Source: Eledone cirrhosa
Taxonomy: Eukaryota
Direction of reading: 5' to 3'
DNA length: 64,000 bases
NCBI GenBank assembly: GCA_964016885.1
Contig: OZ024743.1
Span: forward strand, 63,922,001 to 63,986,000
Shown here: positions 60,401 through 64,000 of the stretch, piece after piece
Layout: every line of letters starts with the position of its first letter
Position numbering within the stretch: position 1 is the first letter of the stretch
Notes under the pieces: generated by a model
What the model was told of the DNA's origin: nothing
Seen by the model: the letters and a program-made list of their open reading frames with translations, nothing else
Database searches by the model: none
Program-made: the position numbers and the translations under genes

Positions 60401-62331
60401 AATAACATCAAATGCTCTGTATAGTCTTAAAAGACTATTTCATGAAAACTTTCAGTGGAGATGGTCACGGTTGGAATTTCAATCATCAGCAGAGCTCAAC
60501 AGAAAACCAGGGCTCTCACAGTAATATAATCCGAAAAAGGGAATTCTAAAACTGGCTAGTTCGCCTTCATGTGTATTTATGAAAAAGCACATGAGGAAAA
60601 AACGGGGCTAGTGACGTCAGAATGGAAGTGAATGTTTATTTACAAGAAATAGCAGTCAAATACATTCTGAAAAAAAAAACTCTACAAAGGAGTTCAGCAA
60701 AATAGCAATTATTATCACAGTTTTTATGAAAAAAACCGGGATTAGTCACAGATAGTTTAAGCACTCTAGGAAAAGAATCCGAGTATAAATATAAATGAGA
60801 GGTATAGAGATTGTTTTAGCAAGAAGCTAACGGCATTCTATAACATATATGCGACTATAACGTCAAGATGGGAAAAGTAGTTAACAAAAGATTTAGGAAA
60901 AATAACTCAAACTCATCTCAAAAGAGAATCAGGATATAAATTCATCCACAGAATTTAGTAAAATCCAGGGAAAATCTATAGACCTTTAACTCATGATAAA
61001 ATAAAGTTTGAAACACTTATCCTTCAATTTGGAATAACATCAAATGCTCTGTATAGTCTTAAAAGACTATTTCATGAAAACTTTCAGTGGAGATGGTCAC
61101 GGTTGGAATTTCAATCATCAGCAGAGCTCAACAGAAAACCAGGGCTCTCACAGTAATATAATCCGAAAAAGGGAATTCTAAAACTGGCTAGTTCGCCTTC
61201 ATGTGTATTTATGAAAAAGCACATGAGGAAAAAACGGGGCTAGTGACGTCAGAATGGAAGTGAATGTTTATTTACAAGAAATAGCAGTCAAATCCATTCT
61301 GAAAAAAAAAACTCTACAAAGGAGTTCAGCAAAATAGCAATAATTATCACAGTTTTTATGAAAAAAACCGGGATTAGTCACAGATAGTTTAAGCACTCTA
61401 GGAAAAGAATCCGAGTATAAATATAAATGAGAGGTATAGAGATTGTTTTAGCAAGAAGCTAACGGCATTCTATAACATATATGCGACTATAACGTCAAGA
61501 TGGGAAAAGTAGTTAACAAAAGATTTAGGAAAAATAACTCAAACTCATCTCAAAAGAGAATCAGGATATAAATTCATCCACAGAATTTAGTAAAATCCAG
61601 GGAAAATCTATAGACCTTTAACTCATGATAAAATAAAGTTTGAAACACTTATCCTTCAATTTGGAATAACATCAAATGCTCTGTATAGTCTTAAAAGACT
61701 ATTTCATGAAAACTTTCAGTGGAGATGGTCACGGTTGGAATTTCAATCATCAGCAGAGCTCAACAGAAAACCAGGGCTCTCACAGTAATATAATCCGAAA
61801 AAGGGAATTCTAAAACTGGCTAGTTCGCCTTCATGTGTATTTATGAAAAAGCACATGAGGAAAAAACGGGGCTAGTGACGTCAGAATGGAAGTGAATGTT
61901 TATTTACAAGAAATAGCAGTCAAATACATTCTGAAAAAAAACTCTACAAAGGAGTTCAGCAAAATAGCAATAATTATCACAGTTTTTATGAAAAAAACCG
62001 GGATTAGTCACAGATAGTTTAAGCACTCTAGGAAAAGAATCCGAGTATAAATATAAATGAGAGGTATAGAGATTGTTTTAGCAAGAAGCTAACGGCATTC
62101 TATAACATATATGCGACTATAACGTCAAGATGGGAAAAGTAGTTAACAAAAGATTTAGGAAAAATAACTCAAACTCATCTCAAAAGAGAATCAGGATATA
62201 AATTCATCCACAGAATTTAGTAAAATCCAGGGAAAATCTATAGACCTTTAACTCATGATAAAATAAAGTTTGAAACACAGTGGAGATGGTCACGGTTGGA
62301 ATTTCAATCATCAGCAGAGCTCAACAGAAAA
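54475..62331 (-). repeat. Tandem array of ~630-633-bp hammerhead-containing units (12 complete plus 1 partial)
   Basis: Unit starts (aaatgaga) at 54475, 55105, 55737, 56370, 57002, 57633, 58266, 58897, 59529, 60161, 60793, 61425 and 62055; (TA)n on both flanks. Confidence 0.97.
54728..54809 (-). ncRNA. Type-I hammerhead ribozyme in array unit 1 (repeated in all 12 complete units)
   Basis: Minus strand: GCTCTG-CTGATGA-t-tgaaa...tttca-t-GAA-ATAGTCT-ttta-AGACTAT-A^CAGAGC. Confidence 0.85.
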
Positions 62332-62344
62332 TATATATATATAT

Positions 62345-63152
62345 ATATTTAATACATTAACAGAGAAAGCTTTAAGCAATACTCCTACCGGCTTCCGTCT
62401 CACTCAACAAACATTAGGATATACCTTAGTATAATCCCAATTATACGTTTGGGGTGCTAACTATACGTATTTTGCGGATAGCCAGTTGTATTATTTTATA
62501 TGAGACATAATTAAATACATCTCTCTTTCCAAACGATCGTTTCATTATAAGTTTTCTATAAATTGGGAAAATAATGTCCAGGTTATATAGAAGCCTACAC
62601 ATAGTCTATAGGAATATATGCAGGTGGGCACTTATAAATCATCAGTGGATGCCTGACAAATATCGATATAAAAAAAACCTTAGCGATATTAATGTTCAGC
62701 GATGGTACCCTTCCGTGCTAGAATGACCGCCAAATTTGAAATTCCAGCAGTCTCACAATGAGAAATCTCACACCGCCACCAAGCGGGAAGGAGAGGTCAT
62801 CGCAAAACATAAAAGAATAAAATAATATGCAAGCAAGTCAATTAATTCTTTCCATAATTTTAACCATGCGTGAAGAACTCAATTGGATATAAAAAATAAA
62901 TATATGCATGTATTATTTATACACGCATATAGGTATTTTCTTAGGCTAAAAACAGAGACAAGATACCGGAAAAACAATCAATATTTCATACAAAGAATAA
63001 ATACAGAAAGTCATACCTAAAAAGTATCTGGAAATATTCATCTCTGGACAAATCAAGAGTATAATATTTAATACATTAACAGAGAAAGCTTTAAGCAATA
63101 CTCCGACCGGCTTCCGTCTCACTCAACAAACATTAGGATATACCTTAGTATA

Positions 63153-63153
<1 letters not shown>
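62345..63153 (-). mobile_element. ~719-bp HHR-containing unit with ~90-bp terminal direct repeat (pLTR/retrozyme-like)
   Basis: 62345-62434 equals 63064-63153 with one mismatch; microsatellite flanks; internal HHR. Confidence 0.72.
62528..62649 (-). ncRNA. Hammerhead ribozyme motif with long stem II
   Basis: Minus strand: tcca-CTGATGA-t-ttataagt...acttataa-t-GAAACGATCGTT^tgga; palindromic stem III. Confidence 0.72.
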
Positions 63154-63205
<52 letters not shown>

Positions 63206-63332
63206 TACTTTTATACTTTGGGAGGGTCATGTTGCCAAAAAATGTATAACAATATCTGTTTCAACACACGTCTTCAGATAAGAAATCTTGCAAAACAAAT
63301 TAAAAAACGAAATATATATATATATAGATTAC

Positions 63333-63368
63333 GAGCTGAAGATCCGCTAAGGTGAAACAATTGTTCTC
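63333..63368 (+). ncRNA. Minimal hammerhead motif
   Basis: gag-CTGAAGA-tcc-gctaa-ggt-GAAACAATTGTT^ctc. Confidence 0.6.
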
Positions 63369-63531
63369 AGTATAGTGAACTAACTGTTGTGTAACCACTT
63401 CTATATATATATATGCTTTCAGTGCCTTAGAGGACTAACACCACACTCTGGATCTGAGCATATCAATGGATTAACAAGGTAAAATCTATTACTACATTAT
63501 GTTTTCCTGATTTTCCTGTTCAAGTTCTTAC

Positions 63532-63586
63532 TGCCTGATGAGGTCATAGTTGTTGAATAATGGCTATCACTGAAATATATATCGCA
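63532..63586 (+). ncRNA. Hammerhead motif followed by AATAAA
   Basis: tgc-CTGATGA-ggtcatagttgtt..aatggctatcact-GAAATATATATC^gca. Confidence 0.65.
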
Positions 63587-63756
63587 ACGAATATGAATAA
63601 ACGAAGCTAATTTTAACCTGTTGACTTACATTTCTTGTTTTTACATTACTCCGGTGTAAACAGACCCACCTGCGCACTTCGTTGAGTGCTCGAACCTGCA
63701 TACTGAAATCAACACCTACTCAAAATTATATATATGTATATGTATGTATATATATA

Positions 63757-64000
63757 ATGATAATGATAATGAAATTATTGCGTACAGTGCTCAGGTGCAC
63801 TACAACTCATCAAAGGTGCATGAATAGTACATAGAATAATGTACAAATGTCGGGAAAGTGAACAATGTATGTGTCATGATATACACACAGATACATGCAT
63901 GCGTGTGTACGGAGGGGGAATATCAGGTATAGTGTTGGCGAATTTCAGGAAGCATGGAAGTTTTGAAGGATGCAGTGTCCTAGCAGCTAACAACTGATGC
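63757..64000 (-). mobile_element. Possible CR1-group LINE 3' end
   Basis: Minus translation ASVVSC*DTASFKTSM resembles CR1-group C-termini; short ATC/ATT tail. Weak support. Confidence 0.35.

Noticed and set aside
54475-62331. CRISPR array or coding tandem repeat
   Set aside because: Units are ~631 bp and nearly identical with no unique spacers or cas genes; the ORF track lists nothing here; the context is eukaryotic.
63225-63290. Additional minus-strand hammerhead (CTGAAGA..GAAAC)
   Set aside because: Stem II and stem I pairing are unconvincing; at best a decayed motif.

Overview
Eukaryotic, repeat-saturated DNA with no recognisable host gene. The tRNA-SINEs and the dense (TA)n/(TTA)n/(CAT)n microsatellites resemble octopod cephalopod DNA, but this is recalled resemblance, not a search result. 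Contents: (i) L1/Tx1-clade LINEs (ORF1 with a CCHC knuckle; ORF2 with APE-RT-zinc finger) ending in (TCTA)n or (TTA)n tails; (ii) R4/Dong-clade RLE retrotransposons on the minus strand, one with an intact 1130-aa ORF; (iii) an ~18 kb block (25.1-43.2 kb) where Dong(-) and Tx1(+) strictly alternate and share (TTA)n tails; (iv) several Penelope-like elements (PLEs; Naiad-like and Neptune-like) plus many hammerhead ribozyme (HHR) motifs read by eye; (v) RTE fragments and SINEs; (vi) a ~7.9 kb array of 12 complete ~631-bp units plus one partial unit, where every complete unit carries a type-I hammerhead on the minus strand, next to a second HHR unit of ~719 bp with terminal redundancy. The best candidates for new biology are the retrozyme-like HHR array, the apparently co-propagated tail-to-tail Tx1/Dong composite, ORF1 swapping between Tx1 copies, and a conserved potential mini-intron that would fuse ORF1 to ORF2 in frame. 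All ribozyme folds and identity estimates are manual.
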